Part shown: one piece after another, positions 36,317-49,800 of the stretch
Position numbering within the stretch: the first letter of the stretch is position 1
How the letters are laid out: every line of letters begins with the position of its first letter
Assembly: GCF_964213995.1 (NCBI RefSeq)
Contig: NW_027590192.1
Coordinates: 620,001-684,000 of the forward strand
Direction of reading: 5' to 3'
Source: Mustelus asterias
Lineage: Eukaryota
Length of the DNA: 64,000 bases
Made by a program: the position numbers and the translations under genes
Notes under the pieces: generated by a model
The model's database searches: none
Told to the model about the DNA's origin: nothing
The model's input: only the letters and a program-made list of their open reading frames with translations

Positions 36317-37137
36317 GTATGAACCATAGATTTATTTGCTAAATATTATATTTGAGTCATTGTTTTACATATTTTTTCTTTATTTCTCAAATCTTCCGAT
36401 CACTGAATTGTGACTTGGTGAATCCACTACTGAGATTTAATTGCGAGATTTCGTAGAACCATAGAACCATAGAAAATTACAGCTCAGAAACAGGCCTTTT
36501 GGCCCCTCTTGTCTGTGCCGAACCATTTTTTGCTTAGTCCCACTGACCTATAGAACCAAACCAAATCATGTGATTTATTGTAAAGGAGGTACAGAATTAC
36601 TCTGTCTCTTGACAAAAGGTGCTACTGAGGGATTCAGGTTCAAGTTGTTGTGATTTTTATATTTATTTGCTGAGGATACTGCATGGCCATCTGCCCAGCC
36701 GTTTGGCGAATTTACAATGATTAATCTCGATGGTATTTAATGGTTGTGGGTTGTACCATCTAATACACAAGGGTTTGAAATATAACCCAAGATTAACAAA
36801 AAAAGTTAAGGTTTTTACATTAATTTATTGAACATGTTCCTCTTACTCACAATGCTAATGCTTTTATTCGATATTGCTGTTTACTTCAACGATTCATTGA
36901 CTTGGTGACGGGCAGATGTGTTGCGTTCTCGATTGAGATTCTCTTTGCAAATTTACATTTGATTCTGTTGAAAGTGTTTGTAGCTGAAGTGCTTGAGCAG
37001 TTTCTCCAGAAAATTGGCTTCAGCCTCCCAGTGATGTGCTTTGATGTTTCTTTTTCTGCTGAGGGGATTGTGAGTCTGGATTATTTTGAATAAGTCAAAT
37101 TTGTGAAATGCTATTGCCTTTCTGCATTGTTTCCATA

Positions 37138-37680
37138 TTAGAACATGGAAAAACTCCAGCACAAACAGGCCCTTCGGCCCACAAGTTGTGCCGAACACAT
37201 CCCTACCTTCTAGACCTACCTATAACCCTCTATCCTATTAAGCTCCATGTACTCATCCAGGAGTCTCTTAAAAGACCCTATTGAGTTCGCCTCCACCACC
37301 ACTGACGGGAGCCGATTCCACTCGCCCACCAGCCTCTGTGTGAAAGACTTCCCCCTAACATCTCCCCTGTACCTACCCCCCAGCACCTTAAACCTGTGTC
37401 CTCTCGTAGCAGACATTTCCACCCTGGGAAAAAGCCTCCGAGAGTCCACCCGATCTATGCCTCTCGACATCTTATACACCTCTATTAGGTCTCCTCTCAT
37501 CCTTCGTCTCTCCAAGGAGAAAAGACCGAGCTCCCTCAGCCTACCCTCATAAGGCATGCCACTCAATCCAGGCAACATCCTTGTAAATCTCCTCTGCACC
37601 CGTTCAATCTTTTCCACATCCTTCCTATAGTGAGGCGACCAGAACTGAGCACAGTACTCCAAGTGGGGTCTGACGAGGGT
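37138..37680 (-). mobile_element. Young CR1 3' fragment in the J-C intron
   Basis: Open 'TLVRPHLEYCAQFWSPHYRKDV...RRRMRGDLIEVYK'. Confidence 0.9.
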
Positions 37681-38607
37681 GTTTGCATTGTTTAAACACG
37701 GGAGCATTGAGCGGTTATACGCTTTGATGCTGAATACAAATAATATTCGCGCTTGCAACTGCTTGACACATGATTGTAGGCAGAAGAAAATACTTTAAGT
37801 ACATTTTAAAATTTTTTTAGGTGATAACTGCAAATTAAACTGTGCCACGGTATCCGAGCAGAGATTGTTAGAGCAATCATTGCAAAGCATTTCTGCATTG
37901 TTTAATTTCGGTGACATCTGATGTCTGCAGTTTTTACCATCTACTGAAAATATTAAGTGTTTAAATATGTTTGAACTATATTTGAAAAACGACCCAAAAT
38001 GAACAGCACGTGGTAAATCTTCAATGTTACTCCGTTGGACATATTCGACCTTCTCACAATGCTGTTGCTGTTACTCCAGATTTATGTTTAGTTTGATAAT
38101 TCATCGATCTGAAGATGAATCGTTTTGCTTAGTTTGACATGTGGATGTTGTTGAAATATTACTTATTCTGTTGAATGTAAGAACTGAGCTGCTTCTCCAT
38201 GAACCGAGTTTCAGTCCCTCAGTGATGTGATTTGTTGATTTTTCGCCTGAGGAGGTGATGTGTCCGGGTGACTTTGAATGTGTCCAATTTGTGAAATGGT
38301 TTGGCGTTTCTGAATTGCGCCCGCCGCGTTGTTCAAACTCACTGACACTGAGCGGTTCCAATTTTCTACCTGAATGCAGTCTGAGTATTTGAATCTACTT
38401 GAAGTACAATTATAGGCAAATACAGGCTGGTTTCCGAAATGAAGAATAGAATTCAAGATGTGACAGAGCAATTTTTTGTCCTATTAACTTATAACAGATT
38501 AACCTAAATCGCCACAGTGAAGGGATTGTTCATATGAATGTATTTGTTTTGCAGGGAAGTTCCGACTCCATACCATTAGAGATTGAAAAGTAAAAGCTTG
38601 AAGTTAT

Positions 38608-39050
38608 GGACTTTGGGACAAGGTCTCACATGGCAGGCTAGTCTGGAAAGTTAGGACCCATGGGATCCAGGGCGAGCTAGCTAATTGAATTCAAAATTGG
38701 CTCCATAGTAGGAAGCAGAGGGTGATGGTTGATGGTTGTTTCTCGGACTGGAGGCCTGTGACGAATGGTGTGCCTCAGGGGTCGGTGTTTGGACTCTTGT
38801 TATTCGTTATTTATAGAAATGATTCAGATGTGGATGTACAAGACATCTTTCGTAAGTTTGTGGATGATACCAAATTAGAAGATATCACTGATAGCGAAGA
38901 AGGTTATAAAAAATATAGGGGGATCTTGATCAGTCAGGGAAGTGCGCCGAGGATTGGCAAATGGATTTCAATACAGATGAGCATAAGGTGTTGCATTTTG
39001 GAAAGGCAAAGCAGGGAAGGACTAATACATTGCAAGGTAGGGCTCTCGTG
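38608..39050 (+). mobile_element. CR1 RT fragment
   Basis: 'VDGCFSDWRPVTNGVPQGSVFG...KFVDDTKL'. Confidence 0.85.
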
Positions 39051-39064
39051 AGTGTTGAGGAGAC

Positions 39065-40945
39065 ATCCTAACTCACCGTCAGACTCCCTCACCCTCACTC
39101 TCACTCACCCTCACTCATGCACTCTCACTCACGCATGCTCACTCACTCACCTTCCCTTGAGCAACTCCACACACGCAACTCTCTCATCGTCATTCACCCA
39201 ACCTAACGCACCCACACTCACACACCCTCATTAACTCAGCCTCACTCACCCATCCTCATTCACTCACCCTCACACTCACCCTCATTCAGCCACCACCACT
39301 CATCCACCCTCAATCACTCACCTTCACTTACTCACCCTCACCCACCGTCACTCAACATCATTCGTGCACTCTCACTCATGTATACTCACTCACATCCACT
39401 TACTCACCCTCACTCGCTCAACCTTACTCATATCACTCACTCACCTTCGCGTAACCACCCTCACTCACTCACTCATGCACCCTCACACACGGACCCTCAC
39501 TCTCCCACTCTCGCTCACCCACCCTCACTCAGTCACTCAAACACCCTCATTCACTCACCCTCACACACTGTAACTGACCCACTCTCACTCGCACCGTAGC
39601 TCACCCACCCTCATCCACCCTCACACATTCACCCTCATTTAATCCCTTCACTCAGCCACCATCACTCATCCATCCTCACTCATTCACATTCACTCACTAA
39701 CCTTCACATGTTCAGCTTTACTCACACATGCTCACTTGCTCACACTCACTCGCCCACCCACACTCACACATTCGTTCACTCACCTGCCCTCGCTCACTCA
39801 CCCATTCTCAGGTCACCGTCAGACTCCCTCACCCTCACTCATGCACCCTCACTCACGCATGCTCATTCACTCACCTTCACTTGCTCAACTTCGTGCACTC
39901 AACTTTACTCTCTCATCTTCATTCACCCAACCTAACGCTCCCACAATCACACACCCTCACACACTCAGCCTCACTCACCCATCCTCACTCACTCATAGAA
40001 ATCATAGAAATTATAGAAACCCTACAGTACAGAAAGAGCCCATTCGGTCCATCGAGTCTGCACCGACCACAATCCCACCCAGGCCCTACCCCCATATCCC
40101 AACATATTTACCCACTAATCCCTCTAACCTACACATCTCAGGACAGTAAGGGCAATTTTTAGCATGGCCAATCAATCTAACCCGCACATCTTTGGACTGT
40201 GGGAGGAAAACAGAGCACCCGGAGGAAACCCACGCAGACACGAGGAGAATGTACAAATTCCACACAGGCAGTGATCCAAGCCGGGAATCGAACCCAGGTC
40301 CCTGGAGCTGTGAAGCAGCGGCGCTAACCACCGTGCTACCGTGCCGCCCCTCCACGCTCATCCTCACTCATTCATCCTCACTCACTCACCGTCGCCCATC
40401 CTCTCTCATCCGCCCTCAATCAATCATCCTCACTCACACCTTAACTCACCCCACCTCATTCACCCATCCTCACTGGCTCAAACTTTCACACATGCACCTT
40501 CACTCTCTCACCCTCTTGCGCCTCTTCACTAACTCACCCCTTTCAATTACTCACCCTCACTCACCCTTTCTCACTCTCTCACCCACTCTCACTTGCTTTC
40601 AATGAATCCATCCCCAACCGCACTCATACTTACTGACACAATATCATTCACTCACCCTCAGCCACTCACCCTCAGTCATCCACCATTATTCAATCCACAT
40701 TAATCATACTCCCTAATTTACACACAGTCCCTCAGTCATCACCAACACCCTCACACTCTCACCATTATTTCCCCGCCTTCAATCCCGCATCCTTGCTTGT
40801 TCAGCATCATCCTTCCACCCTCAGTGACTCACCATCACCCACCCACATTCACTCAGCTACAATCACTCACTCACCATCAGTCATTCACTCACTGATATTC
40901 ACTCACTTACTCATTCACTCTGTCACACTCAGCGTGCACAATCAC
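39065..40945. repeat. (TCAC/CCTCAC)-rich low-complexity tract with internal ~180-bp duplication
   Basis: C/A/T-rich and G-poor on +; 'tcaccgtcagactccctcaccctcactc' at ~39074 and ~39813. Confidence 0.85.
39994..40349 (-). mobile_element. Full-length HE1-type V-SINE inside the TCAC tract
   Basis: Head 'gggcggcacggtagcacggtggttagcgccgctgcttcacagctccaggg' to (tttctatga)n tail. Confidence 0.9.
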
Positions 40946-41789
40946 TCTCCCAGAGAGCCGGGGGAAAGTGCAGAGTGTCGTGGTAAGGGAAGAAAGCTGG
41001 AGAAGAATACCCAGAGCCCTGGTAGTGGACAGAGCGCCAGGGGCAGTTGCAGAAAGATGAGGGAGATCACATCGAGCCAAAGAAGAGGGCAGAGAGCACT
41101 GGGAAAGTGCAGAGAGCCGGGAGTAAGGAGAAAGTGCCAGGCAAAATGCAGAGAACCAGGAGAAAGGAAAATGTGCCGGGGGGAAGTGCTGACAACCGAG
41201 GGAATGTGCAGACTGCTGGTTATCGGATTTGGGGATGGAATATGGAGCTAATAATCGGTTCATCCATGATCTTACTGAATGGTGAATGATGTTCAAGGGA
41301 CTGAATGGCCTATTGTAGCTGTTAAAACATTATCCGAATATAAGAGAATGTTACAATTGATGAATTGCTACTTTATTGAGAGTTTTATGGGCATAATGGA
41401 AGAAATACTCCCGACGGTATTATTGAAGAAAATTCACTATTCTATGTTTTGTGGAGTGCGGTGGACGGGTGGGCAGGGGATTAGTGAGCGAGTGAGAGGA
41501 GGGAGCATCAGTCAGTTTGAAAAAAAGGCAATTTCCAAACTGCAATGACAAAAATGAAGAGACAAATTCTTCACCACAACGTGCTGTTGATTGTGAACGA
41601 GTCTCTGAAATAATGCAAAGAATCTCTGCTGTTCTCTTTTAATCCAATGAATGTATGTCATTCAGATAACAGCAGAATGTATTCTTATTATGCCGGGATA
41701 GAAACGGAGAAAGAGATGTGAGTTTCTATAGGGGACAATCAGTGCAGAAACCTAAACGATAGAAGGGGAATACAGGGAATACAGGTACA

Positions 41790-42490
41790 GAATACAGGTA
41801 CAGAATTCCCTAAAAGTGACGTCACAGGTGGATAAGGTCGTAAAGAATGCCTTTGGTATATTGGCCTTTATCAATCGGAGTATCGAGTATATAAGTTGGA
41901 GTGTTATGGTAAGGTTATATAAGGCATTAGTGAGGCCGAATTTGGAGTATTGTGTACAGTTTTGGTCACCTAGTTACAGGAAGGATGTAAATAAGGTTGA
42001 AAGAGTGCAGAGAAGGTTCACAAGGATGTTGCCGGAACTTGAGAAGCTCAGTTACAGAGAGAGATTGAATAGATTGGGACTTTATTCCCTGGAGCGTAGA
42101 AGATTGAGAGGAGATTTGATAGAGGTGTATAAGATTTTGATGGGTATAGATGGAGTGAATGCAAGCAGGCTTTTTCCGCTGAGGCTAGGGGAGAAAGAAA
42201 CCAGAGGGCATGGGTTAAGGGTGAACGGAGAAAAGTTTAAAGGGAATATTAGGGGGGGCTTCTTCACGCAGAGAGTGGTGGGAGTGTGGAATGAGCTGCC
42301 GGATAAAGTGGTAAATGCCACTTTTAACATTTAAGAAAAACTTGGACGGGTTCATGGATGAGAGGGGTGTGGAGGGACATGGTCCAAGAGCAGGTCAGTG
42401 GGACTAGGCAAAAAATGGTTCGGCACAGACAAGAAGGGCCAAAAGGCCTGTTTCAGAGCTGTAATTTACTATGGGTTCAATGGTTCTAAG
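41790..42490 (+). mobile_element. Young CR1 3' fragment
   Basis: 172-aa open frame 'QVDKVVKNAFGILAFI...RRRLRGDLIEVYK...VWNELP'. Confidence 0.9.
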
Positions 42491-42631
42491 TAGTAGAATA
42501 TCAAATGAGGCTGACGATTTGAAAACGAAGCTGTGAAGATCGGATCATAGTTGTAGTCGAATTATTAATTGCTTGATTGCTTATTAAAGAATAACAGAGT
42601 GTAATTTGTTTAATCGGTCATTCTTTGCTAG

Positions 42632-42928
42632 CAGCGCCATCTCCGCCTACTCTCTACAGCCTGGTCTCCTGTCAGCAACGCAATTTCGATGGCTCCATCA
42701 CCTATGGCTGTTTGGCGATGGGCTACTCTCCAGAAATCACCAGCCTGAACTGGAAGAAGGATGGGCAGCCGATCACCACTGGATTTAAGACTTACCCATC
42801 AGTAAGAAACATGATGGGAACCTCCACCCCGAGTCGCAAGTTAACCATCACTGAGTCAGAGGGAGCATGCAGCAAAATCAACTGTGAGGTTCGACACAGC
42901 GGTTCAGACCATAGCATTGAAATGCAAT
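42632..42928 (+). CDS. IgM CH1 exon
   Basis: ctag|CA: [16 protein letters not shown]...[10 protein letters not shown]...WKKDG...CEVRHSG; T|GTAAGT donor. Confidence 0.95.
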
Positions 42929-43129
42929 GTAAGTATTGAGGATCCTAGGAAGAACAGAAACACTGTTATTAAACTGTATCGAGCCTTGGTTATAACACAT
43001 ACATCGAAATCTCCATAGTCCTACTCCCTGAAATAAACGACTCTGGTGTCGCCTGATGGAAAATAAATTGTCAAAATATCAGGAATTTTATTTGTCATCA
43101 AAACATTCTACAAGAAATGTTTCTTGAAG

Positions 43130-43444
43130 GTCCGAAAGATGACATCCCTCCAACCGTTATGCTCACCGTGAGCTCCAGTGAAGAAATCACAAGCAGCAAA
43201 GTTGTAACCATCGACTGTTCAATCGTCGGTTTCTATCCAAAGTCAGTGGCGGTGAAATGGCTGAAGAATGGACAACCCATGGATTCAGGAATTGTCACCT
43301 CTCCAGCCTGCAAAGTGAACGGGAACTCCTCGGCGAGCATGCGGCTGACAGTCTCCGCTCGGGAATGGTTCAGCAAAGCGGTTTACACCTGCCAGGTCAC
43401 TCATCAAGAACTCACCCAAATTCGGAACATCACCAGATCTTTGG
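43130..43444 (+). CDS. IgM CH2 exon
   Basis: gaag|GT: [14 protein letters not shown]...[19 protein letters not shown]...YTCQVTH; G|GTAAG donor. Confidence 0.95.
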
Positions 43445-44053
43445 GTAAGAGGAACCGACCATCAACCAATAAATCATTGTGCAGTCCGATGTTAATGAAC
43501 ATCAGGAATTCATTGAAGTTAATCCAAAGCACAGGACAACTTCTAATTTACTGCCATGTATTTCATTCTGATTTAAGAACTGCATTCGGATTGTTCAACA
43601 TTTAGGATTTTATCTGAACAGGAAATAATGTTTCCCTCTACTTTGATATCATATAGTGTGTAAGGTGGACTTGACGTCAGCTTTGGCCTGAGGCATCTCA
43701 GAATATTTAGAGAGAAAGAGAGAGTGGGTGTCTGACATCATTTTTCAGGTAACAGATTCAGGATAAAGAGTTGAAAATTGTATCCCCTCTATTCAATGTG
43801 TTTTCCTGAGATCAGGAATGGTATATTTGTATTGGAAATGGTGCAATGTTTATTCATTAGAATGAAGGAGTTTAACGAAGAGAATAGTTTTCACAGGCCA
43901 AGCTGATTTTCCAGTGTGGAGAGAAGATAAAAGGCGACAATTAGAGTTTGATATCTGAAAGTTGATTTATTCCCATTTAGAGAATGAAGGCTGAATAATT
44001 CTGTTATGATTCTGAAGAGGGAACTAGGGTTGATTTTCAGTATCCATTCACAG

Positions 44054-44362
44054 ATCGTTCCCACTGTACTCAGTCCACAGTGACAATACTGCCACCGCGA
44101 ATGGAACAGGTCTTACAGGAGGCGACCATAACATCAACCTGCGTCATTTCTGATGCTCCTTATGGAGTCAGCGTGTCCTGGATCCCAGAAAAGAAGACTT
44201 TGAAATCAGAGATTGCCGAAAAGCCTGGAGAGGATCCTGACAGCGTGGTCAGCAATTTAAACATCTCGACACAAGCCTGGCTGAGTGCGGCTGTGTTTGA
44301 CTGCGTGGTGAGCCATCAGGATCTGCCGACTCCTTTAAGAAATTCCACCCACAAGAAAGAAG
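44054..44362 (+). CDS. IgM CH3 exon
   Basis: cacag|AT: [23 protein letters not shown]...VSW...[14 protein letters not shown]; G|GTGAG donor. Confidence 0.95.
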
Positions 44363-44654
44363 GTGAGTGGAGAGTCATTGTGCCTACTTCCAGTGTAATT
44401 GTAAAGTGAATGTTTAATATTCGTTGCATTTCTGGTCTACCAGAATTGGTAATTCCACTAACTAATCACTCTGGGACTATAGAATTTTTACTGGGGAAAT
44501 TGAGAAGTAGATGAAAGAAATTGAACTGAAGGGGTTTTTTTTTACATAAAAACTTCCTTGTAAAAAATGACTTTCAACATTTTTTCCCCAAACTTCCTGC
44601 AAGTTTACTCTCTCTGGAAGATTTTTGTTCAATTTTGGGTTTAGGTGGAGTAAG

Positions 44655-44965
44655 ACCATGCACCAGACAACGTAAGAGCAGAAGTAAGTCACTTGGTCCT
44701 CGACATGCCCATTCTGGCTTGCAGGAAAATCCTGATTGATCTGACATTGTAATACTCCATTCTACTTTCCCGCCTTATCCCCATAACCCTTGATTCCCTG
44801 ACTGATTACAAATCTGTCCATATCATACTTAACGACCCAGCCACTACAGCCCTCTGCGATAATTACTTCCTTAGATTCGTTACCATCTGAGAGAGGAAAT
44901 TCCTCCTCATCTCTCTCAACAATGGGCGACCCTTTCTCTGAGATTATACACTCGGCTCCTGGACT
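44655..44965 (-). mobile_element. Degenerate CR1 3' fragment
   Basis: 'GWVVKYDMDRFVISQGIKGYGDKAGK' CR1-type C-terminus. Confidence 0.6.
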
Positions 44966-45668
44966 CTGCCACAAGAGGCAAAAAAACAGTAAGAGGGTTG
45001 TTCCTCTGATCGAAGGAAAGATATACTGGCATTGGAAACAGTCAAAAGAAAGTCCAGTAAGTTCATCACGGGTAAGGAAGGATTTTCTTATGTTGAGAGG
45101 ATAGATAAGTTAGTCTTGTGCTTATTGGACCTTACTGAGACTTGTAGGACTCTCAGGATTCTTGACACGGTCGACGCTGATAGATTTCCATTTTCACCTT
45201 TTTGATCTGTCCAGTTTCCCAGCTCGGCGCGGAGATGGATACACTTTTCTCTGGGAAATTAACGGGTTGGATTAGGAAGTTTCAGTAATTTACAGCACAG
45301 AAACAGGTAATTTGACCCTACTGCTCTATGTTTAACCTCCGTACCAGGCTCTTCTCATCTTCTTCCAGAGGTTCAAGGGAAACAAATAAATGTAATTTAC
45401 TTGGATTTCTCAAAGCCTTCAATAAGGAACCGCACTGAAGGCAATTTAAGAAGAAAAAAAAACCCTTCGTGCTGGTGGTAGTATATCAGCATGGATAGAG
45501 AATTGGCTTACTAACAGAAGACAGAGAGTCTGGATCAGGGTAAAATTTCAGGCTGGTAAAGTTTAACCAGTGGAGTGCCACCGGTACTATTTCTCTAACA
45601 TCTGGCTCGCCGTTTCATTGTGTCCGGAATTCTCCAGTTTATTGACATTTATTCTACATTTTCGGCAG

Positions 45669-46060
45669 ATCCACATCCGTGGGAACCGTCCGCCTCTGTC
45701 CTCCTGCCCTCTGCAGAAGAAGTCTCCGCTCAGAGATTCGTCTCCCTCAGCTACTCAGTGAGACGTTTCTCTCCCCGAGAGATCTTCGTCAAGTGGACCG
45801 TCAACGACAAGCCACTGAATCCTGGGAACTAGAGGAACACCGAGGTGATGGCGGAGATCGGCAATAGCTCCTTCTTCATTTACAGTCTGTTATCCATTGC
45901 AACGGAGGAGTGGGCTAGCGGCGCTTCTTACTCCTGTGTGGTGGGACATGAAGCCATCCCCTTGAAGATCATCAACAGAACGGTTGATAAATCCAGCGAT
46001 ATACCCAGTTTTGTGAACATTTTCCTTGCACTGATGGACACCGTCAACTCATGTCAATGA
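45669..46060 (+). pseudogene. IgM CH4 + secretory tail exon with premature stop (TAG 45830-45832)
   Basis: [24 protein letters not shown](C->Y)[14 protein letters not shown]...N*RNTEV...[41 protein letters not shown]; AATAAA at 46088 and 46096. Confidence 0.9.
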
Positions 46061-47244
46061 GAATCAAACAGTTGCATTCAAAACTTCAATAAAATAATAA
46101 ATGACGAATGAAAATACCCAATCACTGACCTGATTGTTTTCCATTCTTACTTCCGTTTGATCTCTTTGACTTACATCTGATATTCAGAGAGTGTCGGATC
46201 CGTCTTGTGGAACCAAAGCTCCCACCTCAGATACATCCTGACTTACAGATAGACTGGAGATCATTCATCACAGGATACTGAGATATAACTTCACCAACCT
46301 TCCTCCCGCTGAGCAGAAATCTGACGATTTCCCATTTCCGATGAACAAACACAGCACATTTAGATCTCTGTGTTCCTGTTTCTTTCTTTGTCCATCTCTT
46401 TAACCTTGACGTCAGCTTGAAGTTGTTGCACCACACCCACTGGGAACTGAAGCGAGGGTCACAAAGAAACATGGAAGAACAAGCCCCCATCAGAGAGAAT
46501 GGCAGGGAGTGAAATGGTTAACACACTGGACTCCTACTCACCCAACAAAGAGAGTGGAGGGGCATTAGTTTACTCACTGTACCCCCACTCTCCCAAAAAA
46601 GAGATGGGAGCGACAATAGTTAGCCCCATGTACCACCATAAAACAAATACAGAGAGGGCGTTGGGGCATTATTTATCCAATTATACTCCCACTTTCCCAA
46701 TGAAAAGATGAGAACGTTATCATTCAGCCAACTGCACCTCAACAGATGGAGCCAAAAGTAAAAATTGCTCCATCACTGAGAACGGGAAGCGATGACTTCA
46801 CTATCCTTCCTCTCCCCAAGCAGAGAGTTTTAGAAAGGAAGAGCTGCCGAATGTAAGGATTCAGTTGCCAACTGAAGATATTGACTTCTGGTTTACTTGC
46901 CGCAGATTTTGAAATCTCATCATGCTAATCTTTTTACTGAATATGCATTTATGCAACATAATTTTAATGTGTTTTAACTCTCTTGTTCCTATTAATCATT
47001 TGCTGCCATTGATACATCATATTCCAAATTTAAACCAATGATTGAATCCTCCCTGGTTTTCACTGTTCTGTCCTGGAGTTTTCTGAGATGCAAAAATGAA
47101 TTATTTCATTCGGTCAGCTGATGTCACCTTGTCACTCACATGCAAGAAAATTATACACCAAACATTGAAAATATGCTGCATAATTCGTATTGTCAGGTTA
47201 ATGATTGCCGGTGAAACTTGGAATACCAGTTAAAAAATACACAT

Positions 47245-49030
47245 AGTGACAATACTGCAGAAAACTGACACAATTACAAGTACACATATAGACATACACA
47301 TCCACACCCATCAACACAAATGCACAAATACAAACACAAATACACATACTCACATTTATGCTCACAAATGCACAGACACGCAAATGTGTACGCATAGACA
47401 CACATGCATACACCACACAATCACGTATATCCATATGCACATTTATGGATAACACATACAAATACAGACAAACAAATATAGACACAGAAGCACATGTTTG
47501 CACAACGCACGCACACATACACAAAATCACAGGCACACATATGCATACATAAATATGCACAAACGCATTCGCCCACAAAAACACGCACAACACAGGCACC
47601 ACTGAACACACATACAGAGGAGCAATGGCAGTCACACCAACACACCCATACACGCAGATTTAAAAACACAGATTGACATACCCACAAATAAACACATACG
47701 AAATTATGCAGATGCACAAATGCACACATGGGCACACACAAATACACAATTGCTCAAACAGGCACAAAAACAAATACATACACACAAGCAATCAAATTAA
47801 ATAATCACACACAAACCCGCACACACATACACATACAAACATGCAAGTGCACGCATACATGCACATACACGAATATTTACACAGACCCACACACATAAAA
47901 CATACATACATATACACAAATAAGGACAGACACATACACACATGCAGAGCCACATAAATCTGCGAACACACATACACTGAAACAAATACATATATATTAG
48001 CACACGTTAATGCTGAGAGGAATATAGATATAAAGACAAACAATACCACACACATTAACACACATAGCACATTATAATCACATATAAGCACATTAGCAGA
48101 TTATACACAGGCACATAGATGAACAGAGAGCAAAACATTCACACGAAAATATGCAGACGTAAGCATTAACATGCTCATACAGAGCAGAACACCACTACAC
48201 GCATTAGTGCACATGGAGACACAAACACATATCAACACATAGGGTCATCGAGTCATAGAGGATTACAGCACGGAAACAGGCCCTTCGGTCCAACTTATCC
48301 ATGCCGCCCTTTTTTTTAAACCCCTAAGCTCATCCCAATTGCCCGCATTTGGCCCATATCCCTCTATACCCATCATACCCATGTAACTATCTAAATGCTT
48401 TTTAAAAGACAAAATTGTACCCGCTTCTGTTACTTCTGGCAGCTTGTTCCAGACACTCACCACACTCTGTGTGAACAAATTTCTCGTCTGAACACTTTTG
48501 TATCTCTCCCCTCTCACCTTAAACCTATGCCTTCCAGTTTTAGACTCCCCTACCTTTGGGAAAATATATTGATTATCTAGCTGACCTATGTCCCTTATTA
48601 TTTTATAGACCTCTATGAGATCTAGAACATAGTTATAAAGAACTATCAAGATGTAAATACATACAGTAACGCATTAACAGACACGCGCACAGACTCAGAG
48701 AAATGGAAATAAACATTAATAGTCTGATAGAAATGTGGAATACAAAAAGGGGGATCATTACCGAGCAACAGGCACGAACACATGCGCATGCATTACGGGT
48801 GGCATTAAGAAATAAGCATAGATTTCACACAATAATGCAGTCATACACACAGAATTGCAGAAGAATAAAATATACACACTGTTGAAGGCACACAAATACC
48901 CAAATGAACATTCATAGGGAAATGAACACGGACATTAACACTCATACATATTAACTCGGAATCAAAGATTAATGCAGAACACGAGATGCTCATACGCACA
49001 GCACAAATATAAAATTTTAAATACAAACGG
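47245..49030. repeat. Degenerate (CA/CATA)-rich tract, interrupted by CR1
   Basis: Directly visible AC-rich low complexity; the His/Thr and Cys/Val ORFs are artefacts. Confidence 0.85.
48243..48622 (-). mobile_element. CR1 3' fragment
   Basis: 'DLIEVYKIIR...FTQSVVSVWNKLP'. Confidence 0.9.
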
Positions 49031-49589
49031 CAAGCAACTGATTGAAATAAAATTCAAACTTGACTATGTTAATTGGCACATCCTCTGAAAACTGTCCGTA
49101 TTATACAATGAACGGACAAATACACACTGAGAAACTAGTTAATGATATATTAAACATTTCGAACATAACTAAACATAGAGGATGGGAACTCACATCTGAA
49201 TTCCTAAACAACAAAATTCATAGTTTGCAGATCAGTAGCAATCTGCTAAAATAATCATCATTGATCAGTGAACGTTCCTCGATATCAACTATAACATACT
49301 TCAATAAGGGATAGTGCCAAACTGTTCGAAAATGGACTGATTCTGAAGAAAAATTCTTAAGGACTATCCGACAGATTCTGTCTAAGGAATGCAAATAATG
49401 AACAATTGTGAAGATAGTTACGGAGATCGGTTACTGAGTCTCCCGAACTTAACAGTAGATATAGTTTAAAAATTAATTTTGAGAATAAATTAATAGCGTA
49501 AGAAAGTGAAAATGTAATATAGAACTAACAATAAAATTTCCTGGATCAATTAAGTAAATTAATTATATTTCCTTGTCTACGTCCCCTAG

Positions 49590-49800
49590 ACTCCACAGAC
49601 CGCATCTGGGTTGAAGACAATGAGGATCATAATGGCAACAGATGGACAACCGCTTCCGCGTTCATCGTCCTAATCTTCCTAAGCATTTTCTACAGCATCG
49701 CAATCAGAAGGGATTTGAAAAACCCCTAAATGTTTCCTTGATTAAAAACTTTTTAAATCATCTGCTTCATTCTTTTATCTCTCTTTTCCAGCTCAAATGA
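49590..49800 (+). pseudogene. IgM TM1 (from 49590, 3' end/donor deleted) and TM2 (49792-49800)
   Basis: ctag|AC: DSTDRIWVEDNEDHNGNRWTTASAFIVLIFLSIFYSIA (CART-like motif), runs into the intron; ttccag|CTC AAA TGA corresponds to the VK* exon. Confidence 0.85.

Larger units (their letters stand above)
35386..49800 (+). pseudogene. IGHM: Shark cluster-type IgM heavy-chain gene, germline V-D joined, probable pseudogene
   Basis: Ordered L, VD, J, CH1, CH2, CH3, CH4+secretory tail, TM1, TM2 with phase-1 GT/AG junctions; lesions: V Cys->Ser, CH4 Cys->Tyr and TAG, lost TM donor. Confidence 0.9.

Noticed and set aside
39364-40605. His/Ser/Thr/Leu-rich ORFs
   Set aside because: Translations of the TCAC low-complexity tract and a SINE.
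47198-48091. Cys/Val-rich hydrophobic ORFs resembling membrane proteins
   Set aside because: Artefacts of degenerate (TG)n/(CA)n sequence.
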